This document shows positions 11,032 through 24,019 of a DNA stretch of 64,000 nucleotides, piece by piece (the stretch's first letter is position 1; each line of letters opens with the position of its first letter). A program made the position numbers and the translations under genes. Origin of the DNA: Rebecca billardiae RCC1528 (Eukaryota > Protista > Haptophyta); contig OZ251225.1 of the NCBI GenBank assembly GCA_965240325.2, positions 558,001 to 622,000 of the forward strand, given 5' to 3'. Below the pieces are notes generated by a model. The model did no database searches and was not told where the DNA came from. It saw only the letters and a list, made by a program, of their open reading frames with translations.

Positions 11032-11718
11032 ATGGCGGACTCGATCGGCGCGACGCCCGTGGCGAGCTTTGAGGACGAGCGGTTGGCCTGGCTCAACGAG
11101 CCCGCGAGCAAGTCGGGCGCGGCGCCTGGTCGCACCCTCACCATCGTACCCGTCGCCAAGCGAGACTTCTGGGCCCGCACGTTCTACGGCCCCGAGCTGC
11201 TGCACAAGGCAGACGCGTCAGCGCTGCTCGCGCCCGCGCCCGCGGCGGAGGAGGCGACGCTGTCCGTTGCGTTCACGCTCGTGGCGAAGGCGCAGTTCGA
11301 CCAGGCGGGCGTGCTCGTGCACATTGACGACGACACGTGGGTGAAGGCTGGCATCGAGTTCTGCGACCGCGTGCCCCGGCTCTCTGTCGTCGTGACGAAC
11401 GGCGGCTACTCTGATTGGTCGACGCAGATGGTGCCCTTCCTGGACCTCCGGCTGCGCGTGAGCAAGCTGCTGCCCGGCACGGCGCAGGGCCACGCGCTCG
11501 TCGTCGAGGCGGCTCCGCTCGAGCCCGGTGCCGCCGCGGACACGCCCGGCGACTGGCAGCTCGTGCGCATCGCAAGCGTGCGCGCGCGCGATCCGCAGGC
11601 GGCGTGGCGCATGGGCGTGTACGCTGCCGCGCCAAGCGTGCAGAACGGGTGCGAGGCGATCTTCCACTACATCCGGCTGGGCGCGAAGGTGGCGTCCTCG
11701 CACTCGGCGCAGATCTGA
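11032..11718 (+). CDS. DUF1349 / Ree1-like concanavalin-A-fold protein
   Basis: WLNEP, DFWARTFY, FDQAGV, WVKAGIEF, SVVVTNGGYSDWS are characteristic DUF1349 motifs; ATG at 11032. Confidence 0.88.
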   Translation: MADSIGATPVASFEDERLAWLNEPASKSGAAPGRTLTIVPVAKRDFWARTFYGPELLHKADASALLAPAPAAEEATLSVAFTLVAKAQFDQAGVLVHIDDDTWVKAGIEFCDRVPRLSVVVTNGGYSDWSTQMVPFLDLRLRVSKLLPGTAQGHALVVEAAPLEPGAAADTPGDWQLVRIASVRARDPQAAWRMGVYAAAPSVQNGCEAIFHYIRLGAKVASSHSAQI

Positions 11719-12140
11719 GGCGCGTGGGCTCCATTTGGGCCTCGCCCGCGGGCCTGGGCCTCAAAGCCGGCGCGACGCTTGGGGGCGGCACCGGCGGCGC
11801 GCCGTGGACCTGGAGGTCGCTGGGGTTCGGTCCGGCCTCCAGACCGCCACCCAAGCGGAGGGGTGCGGCTCTTCCCAAGGTCCGGCGGGTGCGGCGATGA
11901 CTGAATCCGGGCCCGGACGGTCCTCGCGTGGCGGTTATTCGGGGCCACCCCGCCACGGGCAGCGCGCGGCGGTTATGCGTGCTTCCCTCAGCTTTGGGCG
12001 AAAAACGGCTAGGAGTTTACCTGGTGCATTCGGGGCGCGGACGCAGCTCTCGAGCAAAACCTGGTGACGGCATCAGTGCTCACCACGCCCGCCGGCCGCA
12101 ACCGCAACACGCGCCCAGCCCGTGGCTGCAGCCTGCAGCG

Positions 12141-15100
12141 ATGCGGCGTGCGGCAGTGGGCGCGCTCCAGACGGAGCGGCAGGCCCAGCTGGGCATACCA
12201 CAGCTTGATCTCTTCGCCGACGAGAAGATCCGCTCGCGCAAGCGGCCGAATTTTGGCGGCGACGCGAACGGCGGCGCGCAGCGCGAGCTCCCCGCGCCGC
12301 TCCGGCCGGGCGCGTCCATCCATGACACGTACAAGATGGGCAAGCTGATCGGGAAGGGGGGGTTCGGCTCAGTCTTCCGCGCGCAGCACCTGCAGACGGG
12401 CCGCAAGGTCGCCATCAAGGTGGCCGTCGACTCGGACCACCCGCGCGAGCTGGTCGCCGAGGCGGGGATGCTGCAGGAGCTGCAGCACCCGCACATCGTG
12501 CAGCTGCTCGAGGTGATCTGGGGCGGCGAGCAGGGCGCGGTGTACCTGGTCGAGGAGCTCGTCACGGGCGGCTCGCTCTCCGACTACCTCAAGGCGCGCG
12601 GCCGGCCGATGCGCCCGCGCGACGCGTGCCGGCTGACGCGCCACCTGTTGGACGGGCTCAGCTACCTGCACGGCCAGGGCGTGATCCACCGCGACATCAA
12701 GCCGGCGAACCTGCTGCTGCAGATCGAGCTGACCGGCGAGAAGACGCTCAAGATCTCCGACTTTGGCCTCTCCGCGCGCGAGAAGGACGAGTCCGCGCGG
12801 CGCACGCTGTGCGGCACGCCCGAGTACGTCGCGCCCGAAGTGATCCGCTGCGCCGAGCTGCACGCGGCCGGCCCCGGGTACTCGCTGCCGAGCGACCTGT
12901 GGGCGGCGGGGTGCGTCGTGTACACGATGCTCACGGGCCGCCCGCCCTTCCGCGGCGAGACGCTGCAGCAGCTCTTCTCCGTCATCCTCGCGGGCAAGGT
13001 GCAGTTTGGCGAGCGCATGCCCTCGCTCGCGCGCCACCTGATCCTCAACCTGCTCGTCGTCTCGCCCGACAGGCGGTACACGGCGGGCGACGCGCGCACG
13101 CACCCGTGGCTGATGGGGGACGAGGACGAGCCTTCGGACGGCGAGGAGAGCGCCGAGACCGACGAAGCGGACGTCGAGCCCGCCAGCTGGGCGCCGGAGG
13201 CGGGCGGCAGCCGCGGCGGCGGCGGCGCGTCCGCCGGCCACGCCGCCGCCGCCGCCACCGCCGCCGCGGAGGCCGAGGCGGAGATTGCGGCGGTGGCGGC
13301 CGTGTCGATGCGCGCGGTCGACGGCTCGTCGCCGCCGAGCGAGTGCGACGCCCGGCTCGAGGCCGTCGCCCCCGAGCCCTTGCCCGTGCGCACGCCCGAC
13401 GACCGCGCGCACTCGCCGACTGAGCCGCGCGCAGACGCGCTCGTCACGCCCAGGCCGGGCGCGGTGGCGGCGGCGACGGCGGGCGCGATGACGCAGAGCG
13501 GGAAGCGGCCCCCGCGGCACGATCGCCCCGCCGCCGCGTCCGCGAGCAAGGGCGGCGGCGATGCCACCCCCGCGCCCGCCGGCGAGACGCCGACGCAGCC
13601 GCAGGCCTCCATCTGGCAGCGGCTGCACAAAACGCCGCGCGCCAACCAGCCATCTGAGGTGCGCGCGTTCGCTCGCAAGCCGCGCGGCTCGGCGAGCAGC
13701 ACGCGCTCGCGCGGCTCGTCGATCGAGGGGTGGGGCGGGCCGCTCACGCCCACGCCGCCGCATCTCTCGCGGCAGAGCTCGTCCGGCCTGCTGCGCGCCT
13801 CCGCCGAGCACGCCGACGGCCTGACGGGCGCAGAGGCGGCGCACGCGGCCGCTGACGTCACGCCGCACTCCCGGCCGCCTTCGCGCGCCGGCACCCGCCC
13901 GCCCTCGCGCTCCGGATCGTTCGTGCGCGAGCGCGGCGAGGGCGGGTACGGCGAGGTGGACGGTGACGCGGCCGAGCGCAACGTGTGGGAGCGCCTCGCC
14001 GCGCGCCCTGCCGCGCCGCGCGCCGCGCAGCCGCGCCCGCCGAGCCGCGGCGCGCCCTCTGCCGCAGACGGCCCCTCGCGCGTGCGGCGCTCCTCCTCAG
14101 ACTCCTCCACCTCGAGCCACCCGGACTCCAAGAGCTCGGGGGAGAGTCCGGAGGCGGTCCGGCCGGCGGGCGCGGGCGCGGCGGCGATGGACTCGCCCGC
14201 GGAGTTCTACTACACGCACGTCATCGGCCCCGCGGCCGTCGCGGCGCGCAGCAGCACGGCCGCGCAGCACGGCCCGGACGATCGCACCGCGCAGCATCCG
14301 AGCCCGCGCGCGCTCGACGGCGGCGCGGGCGCGTCGGGCACGCCCGGCCGCGGCGCAGCCGGCGGCGGCGTGGCGGCGGCGCAGCGCGCGGGCACGCCGA
14401 CGGACGCGACCGGCCGGCTCTCGCGCGCCTCGCGCGCCTCGACGGCCAGCGGCACCGCCGCGTCGGGCGCGGCGACTGATCGAGCCCTCGACTCGGCCCC
14501 CGAGTCCCCCACGGCCGCACTGCCGCGCTCGCAGCAGCCGGGCGGCGGCTTCCCGGCCGGCGGCGGCGCGGGCGGCGCGGAGGACGCGGGGACGGGCGGC
14601 GCGCGCGATGGCGCCGCCACGCCCTGGGACTCGCGCGCGGACGAGGGCGCCAAGCCCGGCGGGGGCGCGCGCGCGTACACGGGCCGCGCGGTCGCGCCGC
14701 TGCGCCGCGCGGGCTCACGTGCCTCTTTTGCGCCGCTCGGCGCGGGTGCGGCTCAGAGCAGCGCCAGCCGCTCGCCGTCGGTGGCGTCGGGCCCGGCAGC
14801 TCGGAAGCCGCCGCTCATGCCGTACGACGCGGCCGCAGAGGCCGTCTGCGCCGCCGCCGCCGAGCGCACACCAGCCGCCGAGCGGCTCGGCGCGCGGCGC
14901 GGCGAGCAGCAGCCGGGCACGGCGCACGGCGGAGGCCGGCACGCCGTGCACGCGCTCAAGGGGCGCGCGGCCGAGCCGAGCCCGACCGCGCGCGCCGGGG
15001 CGGGCTCGGCACCGACGACGGTGGCCACCGCGCTCGGCGTGCACTCGGACGAGCGGGGAGGCTCGGAGATCGGCGCGCATCGGCTCGGCATGCTCGTGTC

Positions 15101-15550
15101 CCGAGAGCGACTGGTGCGCGCCGCGCGCCGCGCGCCGCGCGCCCGCGCGCCCGCGCGCCCACTCGCCGCGCGCGCGTGAGCGCTGCGGCTGGCGCGTGCG
15201 GTCCGGGTTAGGGTCTGCGTCTGCCCGCGGACTCACGCGTGCCTCGCGCCTGCCGCGCCCGCCCCTGAACGCAGGGCACGCCAACGGCAGCTGGCGCGTA
15301 CGGAGCACGGCGCGGGAGCTCGCCCGCCGCGCAGGGCAGCGCGGCGGCTCACCTCGTCGAGCCGAGCACGCGCCGGCACTCGCTGCCCTCGCCGCTCGCG
15401 CCGAGCGCGAGGCTCGGCTCGCCGCTCTACACGTCGTCGCCGCTCGCGTTCTCGCGCCTCGGCGCTGGCGGCGAAGGCGAATATCGGCTCGGGGCTCGGG
15501 GCTCACGCCGAGGGTCGTACGACTCGGGCACTAACATCCTCGTCCTGTGA
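12141..15550 (+). CDS. Ser/Thr protein kinase (CAMK/Aurora-like domain) with long disordered C-terminal tail; intron 15114-15274
   Basis: IGKGGFGSV, VAIK, HRDIKPANLL, SDFGLS, TLCGTPEYVAPE, DLWAAG; GTGCG donor and ctgaac-gcag acceptor give a 92-codon last exon ending TGA at 15550. Confidence 0.88.
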
Positions 15551-16787
15551 TCGAGCAGCGTCGCTGCGCGTTGCCGGGCTGCGCGAACCGCGACGTCAGT
15601 CACTGACGCCGCCACGACTGTCGGCGTCAGAATCTGTGTCCGATCAGACCGATGACCGCGCGTGTCACGCCCGGTGAGTGGTGTCCGCGGTAGTCATACT
15701 GCTCATATATCAATATGATTAATGATGACAGTACTCAGTCTAGACCCGTTGCACGGGTGAGTAACCGCGAGCGTATGAAAAAACGACAAGCGTATGAAAT
15801 CTCGCGGTTTTGTCGCTCGCGCTGCCGCATGGCTGACGTCCGCGCCGATCCGAGCGCAATGGTGCATTGCGAAGCCGATTCGCAATGCACCAATCCAATC
15901 CGCATGTCAATCGACCCAACCGTCGCTGAGAACGAACGACAAAACCCAGGGCAGGTGTCCACCACGAAGCCACGCCGCGCGCGCGCTGGCAGCGTGAGCC
16001 GGCGCGGTTGCAAAGGGTTGCCCAAAGGCAGAGAGATCAGCCAATGCGGCTACCTTCGGCAAGCACGCCACCTCAGCGTCAGCATCGGGTGGGGCCGTGA
16101 GGATACATGCCCTTGGATGCGGCTCCAGCCAAACGGCTCTCGACGCGGGGAGCCGCCATCGGCCGCGAGCGCGTACACGGATACACGTGCTGTCCTCGTG
16201 AACGAGGATTCAGGAGACGAGGCGCGGCCCGCGATGCGCAGGCAAGACCTAGGGAGTGGCTCACGCTTTGATCGCGGGTACGGGTACAGAAGGCGTGCGC
16301 ACGCAACCACACCGCCTTCGTGAAGCGCGTGGGCAAGCTGCTGAAGCTCTCACGATGCGCGCTTACTTCTCATCTCCGTGCGCTCGCCGACCGCTCACGC
16401 TGCCTTCCGCGCGGCGGACCTGGGAAACCTGCCACCTGGCGCGCACGACGCAGCGCGTAACGCGGAAGGTGGTAGATCTGCTGCCACGCTCCCGCTGCCG
16501 CCGCCGGCGGCGGCAGCGGCATGCCCACGATGCGGCGACGGTGCTGATGACTATCACTGCCAAAGTGTCGTTTTTTCGGCGCTCACGCGTGCAACGGGTC
16601 TCTAGCAGTCCCGGAGAGTAGCGTCGTACGCCAGCAGTGGCGTCTGGCGGTGCTGCCGGCGCCGCCACTCTCACTCTGCCGAGTCACTGAGTCTGCGGAG
16701 TGCAGCACTGCCACTCACGGCCCCGGGCGGGAGTGCCACTCCGGAGTGCCGGTCCGGGGCACGGGCCGGAGGACCTGGACTAGCAGT

Positions 16788-17426
16788 CTAGCAGACCGTA
16801 GCTCCGACTAGCTTGCTGTTACCCGCCTCGGGCCTAATCACCACAGGTATATGCCGACGATGATGCGGCTGTGTCAATGGTGGCGCCTGTGCGGCCTGCT
16901 GCCAGAGCTGGTGGTTGCCGCTGCCAGAGCGGGTGTGGTCAGCATGGTGATGGTTACCATGTGGTGGGTACAGCGCTGCTGAGCCAGGGACCTGCCCGCC
17001 ATCAAGCGAATAGACCTTGTCATTCGATCGCCAAAGCACGGCTCGGGCTGTGACCAGCGGCGGTAGCTGTGACCGCGGCCGCGCTGCGACGTCCGAGGCC
17101 GTGCCTGTGCTGCTGGTGCGCTTCCGCTGTCGCTTGGCGGCGCTCGACGCTTTGGTGCTCGTGTCTTGCTCCAGCCCACGCTTGCACGCACCACTCCTGA
17201 CTCGCTTCATGCCAGCCAGCTTGTGCGCAGCGCACCGGCTGGCACGCGCGTCGCCCGGCATGCCGAACGAAGGCTGCTTCGTGCAGCCAGCGTGATCACA
17301 CTTGCGGCTCACCACGTTGACCATGCCGGCCAGCGTGTGCACAGCGCACCGGCTGGGATGCGCGTCGTCCGGCATGCCGAAGTTACGCCGCTTCGTGCAG
17401 CCAGCGTGATGACACTTGCCGACCAT
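16788..17426 (-). CDS. EsV-1-7 cysteine-rich repeat protein (2 repeats, basic NLS-like stretch)
   Basis: Two copies of KCxHAGCTKxxxFGMPxDAxxSRCAxHxLAGM, the C-x4-C...C-x2-H EsV-1-7 pattern; KRQRKR follows. Confidence 0.8.
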   Translation of the reverse strand: MVGKCHHAGCTKRRNFGMPDDAHPSRCAVHTLAGMVNVVSRKCDHAGCTKQPSFGMPGDARASRCAAHKLAGMKRVRSGACKRGLEQDTSTKASSAAKRQRKRTSSTGTASDVAARPRSQLPPLVTARAVLWRSNDKVYSLDGGQVPGSAALYPPHGNHHHADHTRSGSGNHQLWQQAAQAPPLTQPHHRRHIPVVIRPEAGNSKLVGATVC

Positions 17427-17680
17427 GATGTGCTCAGCGCTGCACGCGCGTCACAGGAGGGAACGCGGGTCCGCGGCCAGGCCGGCCAGGCCGCGGCCGG
17501 GCGTGGGCTCGTCCTCGCCACCCGGACTCCCGGAGTAAGTAACTTGAAACTAACCCTTGCCTAACCGCATGCAAGTTCGGTCAATCCGTGCCGGGCCGGC
17601 TCAAAGCTCGCGCCGGACGCCGGTGGCCCCAGCCGCCGGTTTGTGCTGTCCCCTCCGCCGAGGCCCGCGCCAAGCACGCG

Positions 17681-17956
17681 ATGGGTGGCGGCCGTCCAGA
17701 CGCTCAGATGAGGGCAGGCCCAAGAAGAGAACTTTGCCTCGAGGACGCAATCGACTTTTTGCACCTGGTGCGGAGGGAGTTCTCCTCCGAGCCGCGCGTG
17801 TACCAGGACTTTGTCGAGGTGCTGAACGCATTCCGAGCGCGGCAGATCAGCACAGATGACGTGTGCGCGCGCGTCGCCGACCTCTTCGGTGGTCGGAACG
17901 ACCTAGTCGCGGCGTTCAATCAGTTTGTGCCAACGTGTTGCGCACTTCCCGTATGA
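17681..17956 (+). CDS. Stand-alone paired amphipathic helix (PAH, Sin3-like) protein, ~91 aa
   Basis: LEDAIDFLHLVRREFSSEPRVYQDFVEVLNAFRARQISTDDVCARVADLFGGRNDLVAAFNQFVP matches the Sin3 PAH1 consensus; stop follows within 8 codons. Confidence 0.8.
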   Translation: MGGGRPDAQMRAGPRRELCLEDAIDFLHLVRREFSSEPRVYQDFVEVLNAFRARQISTDDVCARVADLFGGRNDLVAAFNQFVPTCCALPV

Positions 17957-18839
17957 ATCGACTCGAACGTGATATGGGGCCTTTGAGAGACCTTGCAATG
18001 GGACCCGGCCCCGCATCCCGATCACGCTGAATCTGCTCCGCGTGGTCACTCGCTCCGCGTGAAGTTGATGATTCAGGCCGCGCCGGCTCGGGTTACACCG
18101 CTCTCCTGCCTACCTTGATGTGCGCTTAGAGCGCAGAACGGGTTGCGGGCAGCTGTTGAGGACGTCGTTGCGCATCGGTCCCCTTAGTCAGAGTGAGTCG
18201 GGCTGACGCGATCACGCCGTCAGACTGAGACAGCCGCCCGGCCCCGGTTTGCGGACGGACTCACTGGGCCGCCGGCCGGCAACTCTATTATTGCAGGCTG
18301 ACACTGCCGATTCCCGACCGCCGCCGTAATGACCTGATCGACCGGGCTCAGACCACGAGACCGTGTCACAGTTCCTGAGTACAGGCCGCAGTACTATGCC
18401 TAATGGCTAAAGAGTAAAAGCCGTGTCACTTTCGCCTTCGGTCAATCCGGGCGCGGACTACTTCATATTATTAATGAGATCTCTCGGTCAATAACAGACC
18501 GCGGAATCATAATATATATATAAGGACGAGTCCTGCTGAGTCAAAACTCTTAATAGACATATAGTTTCCGTAAGTCCGATTCACTCGTCTGGTCCCGTGA
18601 CGCGGCGAGTAAGCTGCCATGAAAGTTTTGAAACAGGGCCGATGATACGACGGTGATTAGTTACTCGTCTGACGCGCGGACTCGCTAGTCGCTGTGTGAC
18701 CTGTGACTCGGTGTGAGTACACGGCTGTGTGTCAGTGTGACGTGTGTCTCTTACACTGACGACGGATTCTGTATTACATGCATGTTCATTGTCTAATTAC
18801 GCTAAGCTATATATATATATACATATATATTATAATTTA

Positions 18840-19345
18840 GTGGGGTCAGAGCTCCCACCGTCGGTTACACGCCCGAGTGACACAATCTCCCGAAATCTCG
18901 AAATTTCGGAAATATCTCCTCGGTTTATAACTGTTCGAGTCCTTTTAAGTTCGTTTAGGCTTAATTCCAGGGTGCAGAATCCGCCTGTGCCAATTTCAGA
19001 CTGCCAAAATGTGATCCGTGATAGCCGGTGCGATTCTGGTGCAAATGGCGAGATCGCCTTGGAGATCAGTGTATTTCGTCCCCTACTAATGTTGCCGAGA
19101 TCGTTACCGGTCGAGATTGAGGTCGTATCATATCTCCACTCTCCAGTATGCTGTGACATTTTTTCGCAAAACGTATCGTCAGCGTGACCCCAGGTCATTT
19201 CAGTAGGCGAATATTGACATCATCCCGAACGGTTTGACTTTGTCTTTGAGAGCCTCATCTCAAGGCGACATGTATGCTGCAGAAAGTTGGATTTTGCCAG
19301 GCTTTATTGGGGACACCACACCCCATCGTCGTGACCCCACACTGG
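18840..19345. mobile_element. AT-richer segment between TA tracts, possible transposon remnant
   Basis: Compositionally distinct from genes, bounded by (TA)n, short inverted tggggtca/tgacccca ends; no recognisable protein. Confidence 0.3.
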
Positions 19346-19379
19346 TGCGGCGGGGCGCTGGCCACCCGCCGCCTCTCTG

Positions 19380-19610
<231 letters not shown>

Positions 19611-19714
19611 TTGATTATTGGTCTATATATACATATATGTATTATAATTACCTAGCATATTTATTTATCCACATCTTAGTATGGATCTGCGCGCATTACT
19701 GTCGATCCTCTGAT

Positions 19715-19900
19715 TATGGCCCGCGGTGCAGGGCGGAGCGCGCAGCGTGGAGCCCGCACCAGCGGGCCCGAACCACGTTTCAAAAAGATCTTTGATCAAA
19801 GAAAAAAGGGACGGGGCGGTGTTTTCCAGAGTGGGGAGACCGAGTTTCGATTTTTTGAGACCTCCTTACACGTGGATTAGCGTCGAAAAAGGTCGCGTCC
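19715..19900. repeat. Dispersed repeat, inverted copy of ~4717-4950
   Basis: Direct sequence match in reverse orientation. Confidence 0.8.
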
Positions 19901-20779
19901 GCCGTCTTGAATAGTGAACAGAGGAATCAACGAAACCCACGCCCAAGTGTGCCAGGCTGGGTAAATTTTGTGGGTAGACTCTCGTTCTAGTGTGACCATA
20001 GTAAAATAATATGGCATCGCCGCCGCAAGATGCCATCACTAGAACGACAGTTGGTCAACATGATAGCAGTCCAACCAACTCCAATAGTGCGAGACATTCG
20101 AAGCAAGGCAAGGGCTGTATAGTGTATCGCCTCTTGATTGGGTAATTGTGGGTCGTACTCTCGTTCAGTCTATCATATATCAGTACATTGGCTCGCTAAC
20201 GATGTTGGGGGCATAAGGTCATTTTGGGTAATTGTGGGTATTATCATACCCAGTTGGGGGCCAGGGGGCGCGCGGCACGCGCTCGCTCCAAAAACGGGGC
20301 GAGCCCTCGATCGACCGCCAAACGGGGCGAGCCCTCGATCGACCGCCATCGGTGTGGACGACCGCGCGGAGCGCGCGCCGCGCGCGCGCCGCCCGCGCGG
20401 CCGCGGGCGCCTCCCGCGCGGGTGGCGCACGCACGCCCGCGCGCCCGCCCGCGCGCGCGGCCGCGTTTGCGGGCGCGCGCGGATTGTCGAAGGCTTCTGT
20501 CTGTCGGGCGTTGCGTCACTCGTGCGCCATGGCCATGTCGTGGCGTGCGCATGTGCGCACTCTCGGTTGGGTGGTGCGCGGGCGGCGGCGCTCTCCTGAA
20601 TTCTACCCCGCGCCCGTTTCGCTGTGCGTGCGCGCTGCGTCGCGCAGGCACGCGAGAGTACCTGCGGCTCCCGCGCGGCCGACGTGGACGGTCAGCCCCG
20701 GCGCGCCGCTCGAGCACGCGCTCGCGTGTCTGCGTGGACTGGGTTATAGCGCGCGTGCCGCGCCTTCTTTTCTCGGTGC

Positions 20780-21437
20780 AGGCGCGCTGGCTGCAGGCCT
20801 TGGCCATCGACTACGCGGCGCGCACCCTAGCACTCCCTAGCAGCCAGCCGCGACGAGTCCGAGTCTGCGCGCGCAGATCAAGATGGGCGGCGGCGCGCAG
20901 GCCGTGCGCGCGCAGATACACGAGCACGTGCGCGTGAAGGCGCTGGGCGCCGAGCTGGCAAAGCGCGACGCCGAGCTCAACGCGTGCGCGCAGAGGCGCT
21001 GGGCGCCGAGCTGGCGAAGCGAGACGCCGAGCTCGACGCGCTGCGTCACGTGGCACGGATGCGCTGGGCGCGCGCGCTGCCCTTGTCCACGCCCTGCAGC
21101 AGCTCGAGCAGGTGTGGACGGCCCTCGAAGCTACGGTGGGCGAGCGCGCGCCGCTCAGCCTGCCGCTGGCCGCCGCCATCCTCGAGGCCGACGCGGCGGA
21201 GCAGGCGGCGGGCGAGCACGGCGGCGCGGTGCGGAGCAGGGCACGCGTGCGCCTGGCGGCGGGCGCGACACGCCACTCGCTTCGTCCCACCCCGAGCTCC
21301 GCTCGGTCTGCGCGTGGCTGCGCAGCGTGGGCGGGCAGCAGTGGCGCGCGCTCTCGCTATGCCGGCCCGAGGCGCGCCGGCTGAGCGACCAGCGGCCCTT
21401 CGTCGAGCGCATGGCGCAGCGCGAGCACCTCAAGCAG
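20780..21437 (+). pseudogene. Fragmented coding-like region with frameshifts and a duplicated ALGAELAKRDAEL segment
   Basis: Codon-like stretches switch frames; splice-like sites (gtgcag at ~20780, caagcag/gtgcgc at 21437) but no downstream exon; family not recognised. Confidence 0.3.
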
Positions 21438-21820
21438 GTGCGCGCGCGCGCGCGCACGCGCCGGCCCGCGCCGCGCGGCGCCTCTCGCCCTGCACGCGCG
21501 CCGCCCCGCTTCCCCGCGCGGCCCGTCCGCGCCTCTCGCCCTGCGCGCGCGCCGCCCCGCTTCCCCGCGCGGCCCGTCCGCTGGTGTCCCGTGCCACCCT
21601 TGGCCGTCGGCGCGCCGCCATTCACGCGCCGCGAGTCCGACGGACGGGTCTGACTCTCACTCACTCTCCGTCACTCCGAGACGGTGCGGCTGCCTGTCTG
21701 ACTGCCAGGCAGACGCCAGACCGTGCGGATTGACGACGTCACGGTCTCATTCGTCTCAACCACTGCGCCGCGGGCCCCCAACTGCGTTGGTTCTACGGAA
21801 AAGGACCGCGGAACGCGGTC

Positions 21821-21852
<32 letters not shown>

Positions 21853-22199
21853 AAACTAACGGAAGTACGGACTAAGTAAGCGGCGGGACTGGCAGCAGAC
21901 AGAGCAGTCTGCGCCATGCGGACCGTCCGCGTGCCAGCGGCAGCAGCGTGCCCGTGCGCCGAGACTGCCCGTCTAGTCTGCGTGGGCCGCGCGCGGCCAG
22001 CCCGGGAAGCCGCATCGACTAGTCGACGCGCCGGGCCCGGTGGCAAGACTAAGAGTCCGCGGCTGTCGGCGCCAGACGGCTTGGGCAGCCTTGGCCCCCC
22101 ATCCCCGGCACCCCGGCCCGTCGAGCTCACACGCCGCCGCGGGCCAGGCTGCGTGTGCGCTGCTGCGCACGCGACGGCGCCCTGGCGCCCTTTCCGCGA

Positions 22200-24019
22200 T
22201 TAGCTGGGCAGCGCCCCCATCGACGTCGCGCTCGCCTGCAGCTCGGCAAGGATCGCGTCGGCGTTGGGCGTGTCGAGCCGGAGGTCCGCGAGGGAGAAGT
22301 TGATGCGGTCAAACGCGAGCGCGAGGGCGTCCTTGGTCATCACCGGATCGGTGCCGGTGGTCAGGTCGACGCAGAGATCGAGCGCGAGCTGCCGGTCGGT
22401 CGCGCTGCCCTCGACCGCGCGCCGGATCAGCTTCTTGCCGAACTCGTGGTGGTAGGCGGGGACCGCGAGCTCCGAGAGCGCTCGTTGCGCCTCTGCACGA
22501 TCTCGGCTCACCTGCGCGCGCGCGGCACGCGCGCAGCGGGGTGCGCGGCTTTGGTGAGCGGTGGGCGCGTGCGGGCAGGCGGCGCTGGCGCGGAACAGGG
22601 CGGCAGGCGCACGAAGGCGGCGGCGCGCGGCGCGCAGCTCGCGCGCGCACGTAGAACTCGTCGACGATGTCGCCGAACATGGCCTTGATCTCCTCGACGC
22701 TCGCGTTGGCCGCGACGGCGCGCGGGCCCCAGACGCGCGCCATGCGCGCGCCCGAGTGGCCCATGGCGAGCAGGGCCTTGGCGTGCTGCAGCGAGGCGTA
22801 CGCCGCGTCGTCCTCCTTATACGGCCCCGTGCGCAGCGCCTGCTGCACGAACGAGATCGCGAGCACGTCGTCCGACACCGCGCGCGCGACGAAGTTGCCC
22901 AGCAGCCGCGGCGCGAGTGGCACATCGAGCGAGAGGTCCGCAACCTCCTCGATCAGCGCCTCGAACCCGCGCGCGATCTCCGCGGCGGGGAGCGCCGAGC
23001 CGTAGAGCGCGGAGATCATGCGCGAGATGGCCTCGCACTCCTTCGGCCCGCGCTGGATCGCGACGCGCACGCCGCGCTTCACCACCTCGTGCCGCAGCGG
23101 CAGGTGTACGTGGCCCTCGCGCAGCCGGCGGGCGACCTCGCCGACGTCGGCGGCCTGCGGCGCGCGGCCGGGCGGCGCGTGCTGCGCGTGAGCGCGAGGC
23201 CGCGCGCGAGCGCGGGCGGCGCGGCGCGCGCACCTGCAGGTACTCCGCGACGAGCGACTCGATGTTCTTCTTCACCGCATCGAGCGGCACGGAGAGCGAC
23301 TCGGAGGGCGCGGCGATGGCCGTGCCGTCGCGCAGCCGCTTGGCCGCGTCCTCGAGCACGCCGCTGGCCACCTCGACCGCCTCCTTCGAGAGCTTGACGT
23401 TGAGCGGCGGCGGCTCGAGGATGAAGGTGGGCGTGAGGCAGCCGTCGAGCACCGCGTCCGCGAGGAAGTGCGCGAGCATCCCGTCCGCCGACGGGCAGTC
23501 GAGCATCAGGTCGGTCACGGACTCCAGCAGCGAGATGAACGCCTCAAACACCTGCGACGACGAGACGACGCGGCGCACGTGCAGCGAGGAGACGAGGACG
23601 GCGACCATCTCGCGCTCGCGGTCGGTGCGCTCGAGCGAGAGGATGATCGCGCGGCGGACGAGCTGGTCGTGTTGCCGCGGCATCTTGAGCTCCTCCAGCT
23701 GGCGGATCACTTCCATCACGTCCGCCGAGTCAAAGTACTCGAGCACGAGCTCGTTCACCTTGGCCTTGAACTCCTCGAGGGTGGCCGGCGGCTGCGTGTG
23801 CAGCGGGTTGGTCGCGTTGAACTTGGTCAGGTGCTCCGACGCCTTCACCACCTCGTCCGGAATCGGCAGTGGCCCGTTGCCGTTCCACTCGACAGTGTAC
23901 TTGGCCGACGCGACCTGCTCGCCCGAGCCGGCGGTCGGCGCGGAGGGCAGCTCGTCGCTGCCGCTCGGGCCGGGCGTGCCATCAAGGAACTGGGCGAGGG
24001 GTATCGCCTTGCCCGCCAT
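22200..24019 (-). CDS. MA3-domain translation regulator (PDCD4/plant MRF-like); exons 24019-23234, 23154-22651, 22511-22200
   Basis: Repeated MA3 helices: EFKAKVNELVLEYFDSADVMEV...DLMLDCP...AHFLADAVLDGCL; HEVVKR...DLSLDVP...GNFVARAVSDDVL; ELAVPAYHHEFGKK...DLRLDTP; canonical GTGCG/CGCAG introns. Confidence 0.9.

Noticed and set aside
9331-11718. Apparent overlap between the symporter and DUF1349 ORFs
   Set aside because: Recognisable homology starts at ATGs 10902 and 11032, so the genes do not overlap.
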